From: Escherichia phage mellemsur
Length of the DNA: 40,770 bases
Strand: one strand, 5' to 3'
Sequence record: MN850570.1
Below, piece after piece: positions 6,710 through 17,699 of the stretch. The notes beneath the pieces were generated by a model. The model was not told the origin of the DNA. It did not search any database and saw only the letters and a program-made list of their open reading frames with translations. The number at the start of each line of letters is the position of its first letter. Within the stretch, counting starts at the first letter, position 1. The position numbers and the translations under genes are program-made.

Positions 6710-8469
6710 TATTTGATTCTCCGTCGCGTGCCGCGCACAGGTTTATGGCTACGCCACTTCGAGTCATCGTAACCCATTGGGTTGGCAAGGAACTCGCGTG
6801 CGGCAGCCGTCTCGCGCTTGGCAGCTTCTTCATGTTCGTCCTGCTGTAGCACCTCAGCGTGCAGGTACACGGCAGCAGATAGGGTTTCGATACGGTCATC
6901 GTGTGGGATGGATTGACGGTCTTGTGTCAGGTTCTGGAGCTGCCAGAACAGGCTGAACTCTCGACCACCGTTGTTCATCCCGCGACACAGCCGCAGGTCT
7001 TCTTCAACAACGCACCAGTGTACGACGACACGGTGACGCTGCATGATTGGGCCAAGGCGGTTGATGATACGCACCTCTTTCTGGCCGGACGAGTACACGC
7101 CTTCACAGCCAATGGCCAAGCTCTGGCGCTTAATCTCACCTCGGTACATGTTGGTCACGGTGCCGTGGCCCATGTTATCCTCAATGACCAGCCGTTTAAC
7201 CCCGGTTTCAGCGAGCCACTCTACCGCCGCCTTGATGTTTTCCTCCGTCTGGCCGCCGTGGTAGACGTGCATACCGATGACGTGGATAAACGGGCCGACA
7301 GAAGCGGTGGCAATGATAACTGATTCGTCCGACCCACCACCAGCAGGGTCAAGAAACGCCGAGGTATTTTCGAATGGTACATAAGTGTCCGAGAAATCAG
7401 CAGCCAAGAATAGCTGAGCACGAGCCAGTGGGAAATCCAGTGGCAGCTCGGCGGCATGGCGCGGGTGGTTCGACCAATGCAGAACCTCCGGCGCGGACTG
7501 CGTTGAGCCGTGGAAGAAGATTAAGTCTTTGAGATGTAACGTTTGTTTGAGCGCATCCGACAGCGACGTGTCCAGCATGAACTGCAACTGGAAGCCTGCC
7601 TGCTGGTAGTCTCGTTCGTTCTGCAACTGCTTTTCTTCGGAGTAGCGTTGCGGGTCAGTCTGTGCGCCACGGTTCCCAAGGATACCGTGTCCGGTACGCA
7701 GCTCAGGGTGGCCTTCCATCTTCTGCTTAATCCACGGGGCCAGACAGCCGCCGTAGCGTTCTTCTTCCTCAACCGTTGGGAAACGACCGGGCCAGATGCG
7801 AACGTCGAAGCCACGCTGTGGGAGCGTGTTGTAGATGGAGTCTTGAGTCTGTGGCGTGCCGAGGTACAGAATCTCTGCACCATCGTTGGCGATAGCCGCG
7901 AACTCTTTGGTCAGGGTGTTGATACGGGCGCGGTTGGCAGGAGAGCTACCGTTACTGGTAGTCTCCACGTCATCGGCAATCAACAGCGATACGTGGTTCC
8001 CCTGTAGCTGGCCGAAGATACCGACCGCTTTTACAGAGGGCTGTTTGTCAGGGATACGGAACGCGTGATGCACGTCGAAGCCGTCAGTAAATGACGTACG
8101 TGCGCCAGCGCGAGTCTCAGGCTTGAGCCATTCCAGACGTTCCCACTGCATGATAGCCGACACGATAGCGTGCGACAGCGTACCAGCATAGTCGTCGGAA
8201 CCGGACACAAGCAGGACAGTGGCGTTCGGCATCTGCACAAATTCGTACAGAGCGCGAGCAATACCGATGGTGGACTTTGCCTCACCACGCTGCGCCATGA
8301 CGCACTTGTTCTTGAGCGTCCTGTCGGCCATGTAGCGGCCAATGTCGAGCTGCATTTCAGTGAGGTCAAAGCCCAGCCATGCGAAGTAGTCATGCAGGAA
8401 CAGCGGGAAGTTGTTCTCGTAGTGGGCGCGAACGATTCCTGCCATCACCATGCGGCGTTGTAAATCCAT
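6709..8469 (-). CDS. terminase large subunit
   Basis: 586 aa (same length class as T7 gp19); position after tailspike and small ORF as in T7-like late operon. Confidence 0.75.
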   Translation of the reverse strand: MDLQRRMVMAGIVRAHYENNFPLFLHDYFAWLGFDLTEMQLDIGRYMADRTLKNKCVMAQRGEAKSTIGIARALYEFVQMPNATVLLVSGSDDYAGTLSHAIVSAIMQWERLEWLKPETRAGARTSFTDGFDVHHAFRIPDKQPSVKAVGIFGQLQGNHVSLLIADDVETTSNGSSPANRARINTLTKEFAAIANDGAEILYLGTPQTQDSIYNTLPQRGFDVRIWPGRFPTVEEEERYGGCLAPWIKQKMEGHPELRTGHGILGNRGAQTDPQRYSEEKQLQNERDYQQAGFQLQFMLDTSLSDALKQTLHLKDLIFFHGSTQSAPEVLHWSNHPRHAAELPLDFPLARAQLFLAADFSDTYVPFENTSAFLDPAGGGSDESVIIATASVGPFIHVIGMHVYHGGQTEENIKAAVEWLAETGVKRLVIEDNMGHGTVTNMYRGEIKRQSLAIGCEGVYSSGQKEVRIINRLGPIMQRHRVVVHWCVVEEDLRLCRGMNNGGREFSLFWQLQNLTQDRQSIPHDDRIETLSAAVYLHAEVLQQDEHEEAAKRETAAAREFLANPMGYDDSKWRSHKPVRGTRRRIK

Positions 8470-8774
8470 TAGTGCATCATCCCGCTATCTTCTGCGATTG
8501 AGTTGATGGCAGCAGACATGATATCTTTACGACCTGCTTCCGTTTTCTCGTTATTGAGCTGCTCTTGCAGCGCGAGTAAATCGTCGGCGTGGTCTTTATC
8601 AGCCTGAATACCGTTATCTTTCAGGAACTGGCGAAGTACGGACAGCTCAGCCGCCGCCATAGGTTCGATGATATTGCCGTGTTCATCTTTCCTACGAGCG
8701 TCGGCCAAGCGGTCGGACAGATACTCCACCAGCATCCGGTGCAGCCCGTCGAGCTGCTTATTCACGGATGCCAT
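8469..8774 (-). CDS. putative terminase small subunit
   Basis: 101-aa helical/acidic protein immediately upstream of large terminase with TAATG overlap; assignment by synteny only. Confidence 0.45.
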   Translation of the reverse strand: MASVNKQLDGLHRMLVEYLSDRLADARRKDEHGNIIEPMAAAELSVLRQFLKDNGIQADKDHADDLLALQEQLNNEKTEAGRKDIMSAAINSIAEDSGMMH

Positions 8775-8785
8775 GTGGTTTCTCC

Positions 8786-11158
8786 TTAGATGTAAGCCAC
8801 CGGGTAGGTAGCGGCGAGCTGCGTTCCCGCAGGGATTGCCGTCACAAGGGGCGGTGTAATGTCGATGCGCACCGGGTTTCCGATGTTGTTGTCCACCTGA
8901 TATGGAGCACGCACCACCGTTACAGTGAGCGTACCGCCGCTCGGCCCGGCACCCGGAATGTTGAGCCGAGTACCAGCAGAGATTGGCTTATGGTAAAGCC
9001 ACGAGGTGGATGCCTGAGTACCAGCCGGAGTCAGGTTCTGCTCCAGATACGTCTGGCCAGCGGCAGCAGCACGTACCTTGAAGTTGTTGCCATCATCCGG
9101 GATATACGCACCGAACCGGGTCACGATGAAATTGCCACCTGAGCCATCGGTCTTGAACAGCACAGTACCTTCGCAGAACTCTTTCCCGGTAGGGAACTCA
9201 TTACCGTCAAGGGTAGCGAGGTCGTTCGGCAGCGTGTACATGCGGTTGACCGGGGACAGGATGACACCCACGTTACCTTGGATGTTGGTGTACGGGATAG
9301 CACGCACGTTGGAGTTCAGCGTACTGATATCCGAGTAGCGAGCCTTACTGTACAGCGCACCCTCGGTCATGCCCGGCCCGTAGAAGTTCACGTTCACCAT
9401 GTTGAGAACAGTCTTCTTACGCGGGTACAGACCGTTGGATGACGTACCGCCGCTGGAGTCGTCGCCCACAGCGTCGAACTCCACACCAGTAACGTTGGTC
9501 ATATTCAACAGAGTTGCCACACCGAACAGCGTCATCTTGTAGCAGTGGATATTTTCAAGGTGGTACGTGTTGGTGTTGTCATCGTCGGAGCCGACACCAG
9601 CGTAGAAGCGCCCGGTGCGGGTCTGTACGTTACGCACAGTCATGTCAAACGATGGGCAAGCTACACCCGGCGTACCGCCAGCACCTGCTTGGTTCGCACC
9701 CCACTCCAGCATCACGACACGAATGTCGCCCGGCGCGGTAGACCCGGTGTTCAGAGGCTCACCGACTACACCGTCAATGGTCATGCGTTTGCAGCCGTAC
9801 GTGATTACGCCAGCGGCGCTCAGGCCAGTACCGATAGACACGGATAGGTCAGGGTTGGCCACTACGTTCTCGCAGGTGCTGTCACGCGTAACCTCGAAGT
9901 GGACGACCTGACGCACGCCACGCGGAGCATGGACGTTACGGACAGTGACGTTCTTCGCATACTGCGTCTCAGCAGCATCCCAACCAAACGGGCCTTGACC
10001 AGCGATACCGATACCGATACCCCAGTTGGACAGGGGGATTGGCGCATTGGTGCCGTCGATGTTCTCAAGGAAGATGTTCTCAATCAGCAGGCCACCATCA
10101 TAGTGCTTGTTGATTACGTTCATCTCGATACCGTCACCCTGCATATCCATCATGGTAATGCCACGGATAACGCCGTTGGTGATAGCCTCACCAGTACCCT
10201 GCTGGAGAATACCGAACTTGCCATTGCGGTGGATACCGTTCTCAATGACGTAACTGCCCCCGGCGATGTTGCCTTGGAACAGGATAGACGTAACCTTGGA
10301 GTTACTCGGCGCACTGGTGAACTCATAGTCAGCGATGCGTACCTCACCACCCCAGTAAGCTACACGGACAGTGGAGGCCACGAAGTTACGGAAGGTGGAG
10401 TTCAGTAGGCGAATGTCAGCCTTGCCGTGCCACGTACCGCCTACGACCTCAATACCGTCCATCAGGACAGTGGAGTCCACCGTACCTTCCCAGCCACGAG
10501 CGTCAACGACCTTGCCGTTGGCTTTCGCATAGTCGAAGCAAGCCTGTACCGCAGCGGCGACAGAGGCGTACCCGGTGTTGTTGGTGAACTCGGACAGGCA
10601 GACGGTATCCTGACGGTCGAGGAACGTGCCCCCGCCGAGAGTACCAATCCACTTACCGCCGTCAGCCATTGCCAGAGCAATCGCCAGAGCGGAGTCCGGG
10701 ATATCAACCAGAGGAATCATGAACGGCTGGCCATTGCTGTCAAAGCCCAGTGCCTTGTTGCGGCGGCCAGCGACGTTCGGTAGTGCGTTGATAGAGACCT
10801 CGGAGTTCGGAACACGGACGGCGCGGTCAAGCGGCGCGAGCCATGCTTCCTGAGTTTCCTCAGCCTTGAACAGAATCTGCTCAAAGTTCTCGTCAAGGTT
10901 CTGCCCGGTGAAGGCAGCATCTTGGCCGAACTTGTTCAGCAGAACCTCAGTGGTGTAGCGTTGTAGTCTGACAATCACCCCGGCGAGCGGGGCGGTGTCG
11001 AAGATAATCTGTTTGGTCACAGAGTTATAGGTGTACCCTTCCGTTTGGAGTTCGGAGTTGAGGTACACCTGAATCTCAGTGAACACGCGCTGCTCAAACG
11101 TGACGAGGAATGCGGTCTGTGAACCGTTCGCCACGTAAGCATTGTAGCTGTTCGCCAT
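8786..11158 (-). CDS. tail fiber / tailspike with beta-helix (depolymerase-like) domain
   Basis: 790 aa; N-terminus resembles T7 gp17-type particle-attachment region; central region has repetitive G-x-x-NV / VxNV beta-helix-like pattern. Confidence 0.65.
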   Translation of the reverse strand: MANSYNAYVANGSQTAFLVTFEQRVFTEIQVYLNSELQTEGYTYNSVTKQIIFDTAPLAGVIVRLQRYTTEVLLNKFGQDAAFTGQNLDENFEQILFKAEETQEAWLAPLDRAVRVPNSEVSINALPNVAGRRNKALGFDSNGQPFMIPLVDIPDSALAIALAMADGGKWIGTLGGGTFLDRQDTVCLSEFTNNTGYASVAAAVQACFDYAKANGKVVDARGWEGTVDSTVLMDGIEVVGGTWHGKADIRLLNSTFRNFVASTVRVAYWGGEVRIADYEFTSAPSNSKVTSILFQGNIAGGSYVIENGIHRNGKFGILQQGTGEAITNGVIRGITMMDMQGDGIEMNVINKHYDGGLLIENIFLENIDGTNAPIPLSNWGIGIGIAGQGPFGWDAAETQYAKNVTVRNVHAPRGVRQVVHFEVTRDSTCENVVANPDLSVSIGTGLSAAGVITYGCKRMTIDGVVGEPLNTGSTAPGDIRVVMLEWGANQAGAGGTPGVACPSFDMTVRNVQTRTGRFYAGVGSDDDNTNTYHLENIHCYKMTLFGVATLLNMTNVTGVEFDAVGDDSSGGTSSNGLYPRKKTVLNMVNVNFYGPGMTEGALYSKARYSDISTLNSNVRAIPYTNIQGNVGVILSPVNRMYTLPNDLATLDGNEFPTGKEFCEGTVLFKTDGSGGNFIVTRFGAYIPDDGNNFKVRAAAAGQTYLEQNLTPAGTQASTSWLYHKPISAGTRLNIPGAGPSGGTLTVTVVRAPYQVDNNIGNPVRIDITPPLVTAIPAGTQLAATYPVAYI

Positions 11159-14100
11159 TATTCACCCTTAACTGCTTCGTTGAGTGCTCGGACACCCGGC
11201 ACAATGGAGATTAGTGGGAGAGCCTGAATGATGTTCCCGGCTGCCTTGCGAGCGTTATGCCCGGCTTGGTCGATATCGCCAGTGGCCAGACTACCTGCTG
11301 TAGCAGAGGTGGCACCAGCAACACCGTACAGACGGTCGAGGAACAACAGACCCGGCGCACCAAAGCTGCGCTGCTGCCCGGTCAGAACTCCAGTGAACTC
11401 AGAGGCAAAGCCGATAGCGCCGAGATAGTTCAGTGCCTGACCAGCCAGTTTGTTCGGAGCCATGGTATCCGGGTCAGAGAATGCCTTACCGGAAATCACG
11501 TTATTGGCAGCAGTGGCCATCATCGCCAGCGGATACTGGTACGCCATCAGCGTTGCCAGCCCACGGGCACCCTCACGATTCCAAGTACCAACCAGAGTCT
11601 TGTTGTGCGTTGCCGCGACGAATCGACGGAACGTAAACAGGAACTTACCCAGCGTACTGAACTCAGCAAATGCAGGCAGCTCACCTACGCGAGCGCGAAC
11701 AATAGCGTCATCCATGGCATTCATCATGACAATGCGAGAGCGATTGAACACCCCTTCATCCCAAGCATCAGGCTTGGTGCCATGAGTACCAACCTGCTTG
11801 CGAATGTCAGCCAGCAGCGCGTCATTGGCACCGTAGGTTTTCATGGCTGCAATAGCCTTGGCATCACCTTCGGCTGCCTTACGCAGCGTCTGCATCACGA
11901 GCGCAGCATTGGTTCGAGTCTGGTGGAAGTGGATGTATTTCTGCATGTTGATGAACATCGTGGCATCGCGCAGGTGTTCCATACGCATGACCCACGGAGA
12001 CTTATCCGCAGAGAACATGTCGTCATAGTGCTGCATGATTGGGCGCATACGAATATCACTCGCTACAGCCGCAGTCAGCGCTTCCTCGGCATCCAGAGCC
12101 AATTGACGACCTTCCTTAGTAGACACCCTCATTTGCTTAAATAGTGCGCGTGCTTCGGGAATTGTACGCATCATGGCGCGAAACGTATTGACTGCCCCGA
12201 AACGTTGCATCATCGTGCCGTATTCTACCAACTGCCACAGGCCAGATGCAGCCAGACCAGTCGCCTGAGTCAGTGCCGAAAGCTGGCGCATGAACTCCGG
12301 CATTTCCTCACCAACAGGAGCACCTTGGTAGTAAGCCATGATGTTGTCGTATTGGTCGAGAGCCTTACGGCGTGCCGTGCTATCCGGGATGGATTTGGCC
12401 AGAGCCTCGCGAGCGGCGGCGCGTTCAGCATCAGTACCCAGTCCAGCCTCATGCAGAGCCAGTCGCCCGGTAATGCGGCGGTTATAGCTGTCCATCATAC
12501 TGGTGATGCTGTCGTCGAACAGGTCACGCACCTGCAAGTTAGGGCCGAGCTGGTGCATCATGTCGATGTTGATACGGCTCTTGAGCATCGACGGTCGGCC
12601 AGCGTCCGAGCCAGACTCACGAAGGAGTGCGGAAGCACGGGCCTTGGCAGCCTCGTCGAGACCTTTCGCGTTCTCAATGATTTCGAGCAATTCATCGCGA
12701 CCTTCCTTGTTGATAATCATACCGGAGTTGTCGATACCGTAACCCTTACGACGAGCACGCTCAACCATGGCATGGGCAATGACGTTGGCAGTCGGACGGT
12801 CAGTACCGATACCGCGCTGCACAGCGGTCGTCATCTGCTTCATGAATGGCTTCTTGCCGAGCAACTGCTCAGCCTGCTCAATCTTGGTCACGTTCATCCG
12901 GCGCGGGTAGTAGTACGGGTTCTTGTCTACGAAGCCCGGTTCCACCATGCCCTTCGCTTCCAGCTCGCGGCCCACGGCGCGGGAGTATTCCCCCAGTCGG
13001 TCGGCGGCAGCGGCCACGTTAGCGTTGGCACCACGGAACTCTTTGTCAATCATGCGCTTGTCCAGCTCGAAACGGACAGCAGCTTCGAACTCCTGCTGCG
13101 CCCGGCGATAGCCCACTGGGTCACGGAAGCGACGGATGTTAGTCCAGCCGTCAGTGTTCAGTGCATTACGCAGGGTGTCCTCGTACTGGTTCAGCAGCAC
13201 GCCAAACCGAGCCTGAGTCTCACGCTGGATTGATGCAGCGGAAGTCATGTTCGGGTTCAGTGGGTCATCCAGCAGTCGTCCGGCGAGCGCACTGGCTTCA
13301 TCGGAGTGCTGACTGAATGACTTGAACAGAGACCATTCAAGGAACGGACGCTTAGGGTTGGTCTGCTCACCGCGACGAGCGAGGTCGAGACCGCGCTGCG
13401 CAGTGGCCCGGATGGATTCCGGCACCTCGTCAACCACAGTAGCGCCACGACCACCAAAGCCCAAGGACATGGCCATTGGCGACATAGCATTGTTCGGGTC
13501 GAACTGCGGTGGGTTGTTCGGGTCAATGCCATTACGACGCTGCATCTCTGCTGCAAATTCCTCTGGCGACAGGTCGGCCAGCGAGCGCTGTACCGGAGCC
13601 GGGCGATAGAAGGCAGTGGTGGCCGCCCCGTGCAGGGCAGCCGCAAAGATGATTTCGTTCTGAGACACTGGGCGTGCTTCGTTACCCACCGCTGTCATAG
13701 TGGCAGCAGTTGAAGCTGCACCGACAGCGGCGGTTCCGAGGCGACCTAATTTCAGGGCAGTGCCTGCTCCCATCGAGAGCAGGTCAGTGGCGAGGTACAG
13801 CGGGTCAGCGAATTGCAGAACCGCGTTCATCACCGGGGCAGTGTGAGCCAACTGGGTACGCTCGCGCATCTCTTGGAGCTGCTGCGTACGCCAGTTGAAC
13901 TCGTCCATGGATTTGGATTTAAACAGGAAGGTTCTGTCGTCTTCACCTACCGGGAACTGCACGTTCTGCAAAGCCTCGTTGGGCTTGAAGTCCGGGTCAG
14001 CCTGAAAGGTAGGCTTGTTGAAGGCGGCATCAAAGAGCTGAGTGGTATCCCAGTTCTTCACAGAAGCGCTCAACGCCGTGGCCATCGGAGTCGCTTCCAG

Positions 14101-14262
14101 TTCCTGCATCTTATCGAACTGCTCGACGGCACCCTGACGAGTGGCATCTTGCAGCGGAGTGCTGAGGTCAGCAGTCTTTACGGGAGCTGGAATCACCAGC
14201 GTAGGGGCATTGGCCCCCTGCTTGGGAGCCATGAACTTGTCGAGCGATTCTTGTGTAATCAT
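11158..14262 (-). CDS. internal virion protein (gp16-like, large)
   Basis: 1034 aa; position between tail tube genes and tail fiber as in T7-like phages. Confidence 0.6.
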   Translation of the reverse strand: MITQESLDKFMAPKQGANAPTLVIPAPVKTADLSTPLQDATRQGAVEQFDKMQELEATPMATALSASVKNWDTTQLFDAAFNKPTFQADPDFKPNEALQNVQFPVGEDDRTFLFKSKSMDEFNWRTQQLQEMRERTQLAHTAPVMNAVLQFADPLYLATDLLSMGAGTALKLGRLGTAAVGAASTAATMTAVGNEARPVSQNEIIFAAALHGAATTAFYRPAPVQRSLADLSPEEFAAEMQRRNGIDPNNPPQFDPNNAMSPMAMSLGFGGRGATVVDEVPESIRATAQRGLDLARRGEQTNPKRPFLEWSLFKSFSQHSDEASALAGRLLDDPLNPNMTSAASIQRETQARFGVLLNQYEDTLRNALNTDGWTNIRRFRDPVGYRRAQQEFEAAVRFELDKRMIDKEFRGANANVAAAADRLGEYSRAVGRELEAKGMVEPGFVDKNPYYYPRRMNVTKIEQAEQLLGKKPFMKQMTTAVQRGIGTDRPTANVIAHAMVERARRKGYGIDNSGMIINKEGRDELLEIIENAKGLDEAAKARASALLRESGSDAGRPSMLKSRINIDMMHQLGPNLQVRDLFDDSITSMMDSYNRRITGRLALHEAGLGTDAERAAAREALAKSIPDSTARRKALDQYDNIMAYYQGAPVGEEMPEFMRQLSALTQATGLAASGLWQLVEYGTMMQRFGAVNTFRAMMRTIPEARALFKQMRVSTKEGRQLALDAEEALTAAVASDIRMRPIMQHYDDMFSADKSPWVMRMEHLRDATMFINMQKYIHFHQTRTNAALVMQTLRKAAEGDAKAIAAMKTYGANDALLADIRKQVGTHGTKPDAWDEGVFNRSRIVMMNAMDDAIVRARVGELPAFAEFSTLGKFLFTFRRFVAATHNKTLVGTWNREGARGLATLMAYQYPLAMMATAANNVISGKAFSDPDTMAPNKLAGQALNYLGAIGFASEFTGVLTGQQRSFGAPGLLFLDRLYGVAGATSATAGSLATGDIDQAGHNARKAAGNIIQALPLISIVPGVRALNEAVKGE

Positions 14263-16955
14263 TCCTGCATACCTGCGAGTAGAGTTTGGACGTAATACTG
14301 CTTACGCTCGTCCTGCGACAGCTTGTAAGCCGGGGTCGCAGCCAGAGCCTGAACAGCTTTCTCTCGGTCTCCAACACGGATTGCATCAGCCAGTTTGCTG
14401 TACGCACCATCAGTACGATACCAGCTTGAACCTGCCTGATAACCCATCTGCATCATGAACTGGAACTGGGCATCGTTATCACGACTCCACCCCAGTGCAG
14501 CAGCAGTGCCGGGCATCTGCCGGGCTACCATGTTGGTGTGTGCCACGAACGTATCGTGGATAGTTCGCGGAGACCATTCAGTACCGCCTTTCATACCGGA
14601 AGCCTGACCCTCAGCAAAGTACGGGCTGCGGTCAGAGATACCGACCCCGTTCGTCTGCACGCCAGTGCTGTCACGGTAAGTGGTGCTGCGGATACCTTCG
14701 AAGTCAATCAGTTTGCCACGGGCAACAAGCATACGCTGCTCGTCTACCCCAGCAGTATTCACGCCGTTCACGCGGATACCCACGTTACTGGTCTTATCAA
14801 CAAAGAGTTTCCCGTCGCCATAGACTTCGTTATTGGCAGTGGCCGCTGCACGGTCGTCTTCACGGATGCGCTCTTGCACGACCTGCGGCAGAATGCGTAC
14901 CGAGTTCGGAGAAACGTCACCTTGCTTGTTGAAGAACTGAACGTTCAGGGAGCCATCTGGCATAAAGGAGTAGGACGACTCGAAGCCTTCTGGTGCCTTG
15001 GTCTGGTCAAGTGCGGCGATAGCGCGACCGATACGGTCGGGGGCTACGTCAGCAGGCAAGCCGAGCATAGACTGAACAGTTTGGCCTCTCGGTGCGATAA
15101 GCACAGAGCCGGGGCTGAATGTGGTTTCCCCGACGCGGAGGACACGGTTAGCCAGCTTCGCGGATGCGAGGGCTTCCATACCATCTTTGGTCACGTTCGG
15201 GTTCTTGAGGACGACAGCTTGCAGTTCCTCGCGGTACGCGGCAGACACCTCCGACATTTCCTGCGCGGCAGTAATGTCACCAGATGCGACGCGAGCTTGG
15301 AACAGGTTCTGCTGAGTGTCTGAGAACAGACCAGCCAGCCCCTGCCAAGTGCGGGAGAAGAAGCCTTGAGCCTCAAGGGAGTTCACCACATTGTTAACGT
15401 CAGATTGACGCTGCGTGAGAATTTGAGATTTCTGTGCCGGGGTTAAGCCAGCGTAGTCCTGCTGCTGCTTGATGTAACCCTGACCAGCTTGGTCGATGGT
15501 GCGCCCGGCCTTAATCTGCTCGCGCATGTACACCATCTTCTCTTGGTTTTCCTCGGACAGACCAGACAGTAGTTTAGTCCACGCGGTCTTGTCACCCTGA
15601 TTCTCGGCCACGGTTACGCGGTCAATCAGCCCGGTCACGGTAGCGGCTGCATCAGGGTTCATTTCATCCACGGTGCCGAAGTTCGACAGGGACGGTTCAA
15701 TCAGTTTCGCGGCAGACTTGTACGCGGAAGGGAAACCAGTCTGTGCGCCAACTTGCAGCAGGTCGAATGCCACGGAGCTTGCCGTCGCGCCCGGTTGCTT
15801 CATGCGAGCCTTGATGAATGCGTCAGCACCATCCTGCTCGCTCGCGCCCTGCTGGAGCATGTACGTCTGGTTCCCGGTAGCGTAAGCCTGACCGAGCTGG
15901 CTGGCCTTGGCTTGCTTGGCGTAGTCCTTGTAGAAGGACTCGATAGCCGAGCTGAAACCGCTGGCGCTAATCAGTTTGTTGTCCACCATCTGCTGGAGCG
16001 TCTGAGTGTACTGCTCCGGCGTAACGTCACCGAACACTGCTTGTCGTGCATCGAGCTGACCTTTCTGCGCCAGCAGACCCATGTTGTCCTGAACCTCAGT
16101 ACGAGATTTGGATTCACGAATCTGACCTTGCAGCTTGGCCAAGTCTTCCGCAGGCAGCTCGTTGAACAGCCCGGAGTTCACAGCAGTCTCGACCGGAGTA
16201 CGCAAATCCTGCTGGAGCATCAGCCCCATCATGGACGTTACCTGAGTCCGGCGAGTTTCCAGTGGCAGCTTGTCGTCTGCCAGAATGGACTTGGCCCATG
16301 CCATGGTCGCAGCCGTAGCGTTAGCATACGCGCCGCCGTCACCAGTTGCTTTGGCCTGAGCCGCCAGAGTAACGAGAGTGTTACCCTGCGAGTTGTACAT
16401 CGCCGCACGCTGCTCAACCAGATACTTACCATGCTGGGCAGCCTGCGTACGGATAAGGGTGTTGCTGAACGTGAGCTGGTTCTCCAGCAAAGCCTTACGG
16501 CCATTCAGCGTCATGCCATCGGTGTTCTCGAACAGGCCAGTGGTCTTCTCGTCCACCACCTTCAAGAACTCGTCAGGACTCATTTTCGCGTACTGCGGCA
16601 TGTTAGCCGAGATTTCAGAGGCGACGTTCGCCATCTGCATACGCTTGTACTGGTCGTTGTAACCAGCTTTCTGGAACTGGGCGGTGAGCCAGTTCGAGTC
16701 CAAGTCCTCAACAGCCTTACCGCTCGCGGCGGCGTTAGCACCCTTGAGGTATTCTTCCTCGTTCGCACGCTCAGTAACACGACCAGCCAACTGGCTGGCC
16801 ATGTTCAGTACGCGCTGAATGGACTCGGTAGGAAACGTGTCGATGCGAGTATCGCGGCCTGCGAGACTAAACGGAGTCTGCGCCTGCTGCACACTTGGTA
16901 ATCCCTGCTGCGCAGCATTAAGGTTAGCGCCACGCTGGTCACGCAAAGTAGCCAT
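14259..16955 (-). CDS. internal virion protein (gp15-like)
   Basis: 898 aa; synteny. Confidence 0.6.
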   Translation of the reverse strand: MATLRDQRGANLNAAQQGLPSVQQAQTPFSLAGRDTRIDTFPTESIQRVLNMASQLAGRVTERANEEEYLKGANAAASGKAVEDLDSNWLTAQFQKAGYNDQYKRMQMANVASEISANMPQYAKMSPDEFLKVVDEKTTGLFENTDGMTLNGRKALLENQLTFSNTLIRTQAAQHGKYLVEQRAAMYNSQGNTLVTLAAQAKATGDGGAYANATAATMAWAKSILADDKLPLETRRTQVTSMMGLMLQQDLRTPVETAVNSGLFNELPAEDLAKLQGQIRESKSRTEVQDNMGLLAQKGQLDARQAVFGDVTPEQYTQTLQQMVDNKLISASGFSSAIESFYKDYAKQAKASQLGQAYATGNQTYMLQQGASEQDGADAFIKARMKQPGATASSVAFDLLQVGAQTGFPSAYKSAAKLIEPSLSNFGTVDEMNPDAAATVTGLIDRVTVAENQGDKTAWTKLLSGLSEENQEKMVYMREQIKAGRTIDQAGQGYIKQQQDYAGLTPAQKSQILTQRQSDVNNVVNSLEAQGFFSRTWQGLAGLFSDTQQNLFQARVASGDITAAQEMSEVSAAYREELQAVVLKNPNVTKDGMEALASAKLANRVLRVGETTFSPGSVLIAPRGQTVQSMLGLPADVAPDRIGRAIAALDQTKAPEGFESSYSFMPDGSLNVQFFNKQGDVSPNSVRILPQVVQERIREDDRAAATANNEVYGDGKLFVDKTSNVGIRVNGVNTAGVDEQRMLVARGKLIDFEGIRSTTYRDSTGVQTNGVGISDRSPYFAEGQASGMKGGTEWSPRTIHDTFVAHTNMVARQMPGTAAALGWSRDNDAQFQFMMQMGYQAGSSWYRTDGAYSKLADAIRVGDREKAVQALAATPAYKLSQDERKQYYVQTLLAGMQE

Positions 16956-16957
16956 GA

Positions 16958-17698
16958 TTAGCCCCCAAAGATTGAACCTGAGCCGTAGCCCATGTAACGA
17001 TTTGAATCATATTGCGCCGGAACCGGGTTAAATTCCCCAGCCTTTTGCATCCAGTTAGTTGTTCCATAACTCGCTGTAGTAGAGCCGAGGTTACTGAACG
17101 TTGACGCTGTAGCGCCTGCACTGCCACTCTGCGTGCCAGTACCTTTCGCACCTTCGGTCGGCATGTAGTCGAAGCTGGTCTGCGCGAGGCTTGAAGCGAA
17201 CTGCATAGCGGATACGCCAATGGCGCGGCCCACAATCATGCTGTTGCTCGCTGGCTTCTGCGAATAACGCTGAGCTGCGACTGCTGTGTCGATGATATCG
17301 TTGATGCTGGTGTCGAGGTTCATCTCCTGAATCTGCTCGTTGAACCGGGTCTGCGCTTGGCTTTCCTGATTCTGACGGCTGATATCCGTGACCGCCTCGT
17401 CCACAGAGGCACCTTCAATCCCGGCAGCGGCGGCGTTGTTAATGCTCGCGCCGGATGCCCGGTTAGCTTCCTTGTTGATATTGTACAGGTCGGTGCCAGT
17501 CTGCTGCCGGAGCAGGCCACGCTGGAGATTCACGGTGTTGATGCGCTGGCCCATTGCCTGCCACGTTTGCTTGTTCAGGCGTTCGTTCTCTGCCTGCACA
17601 GCCTTCATCTGCGCACGTTCCGCTCGTCCTTGAGCGTAGGTGGTGATGAAGGAGTTCGTAGCGTCGGCACCAGCTTTAGCAAAAGCTGCCCAACCCAT
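16958..17698 (-). CDS. internal virion protein (gp14-like)
   Basis: 246 aa, Gln/Ala-rich; synteny. Confidence 0.5.
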   Translation of the reverse strand: MGWAAFAKAGADATNSFITTYAQGRAERAQMKAVQAENERLNKQTWQAMGQRINTVNLQRGLLRQQTGTDLYNINKEANRASGASINNAAAAGIEGASVDEAVTDISRQNQESQAQTRFNEQIQEMNLDTSINDIIDTAVAAQRYSQKPASNSMIVGRAIGVSAMQFASSLAQTSFDYMPTEGAKGTGTQSGSAGATASTFSNLGSTTASYGTTNWMQKAGEFNPVPAQYDSNRYMGYGSGSIFGG

Positions 17699-17699
17699 A

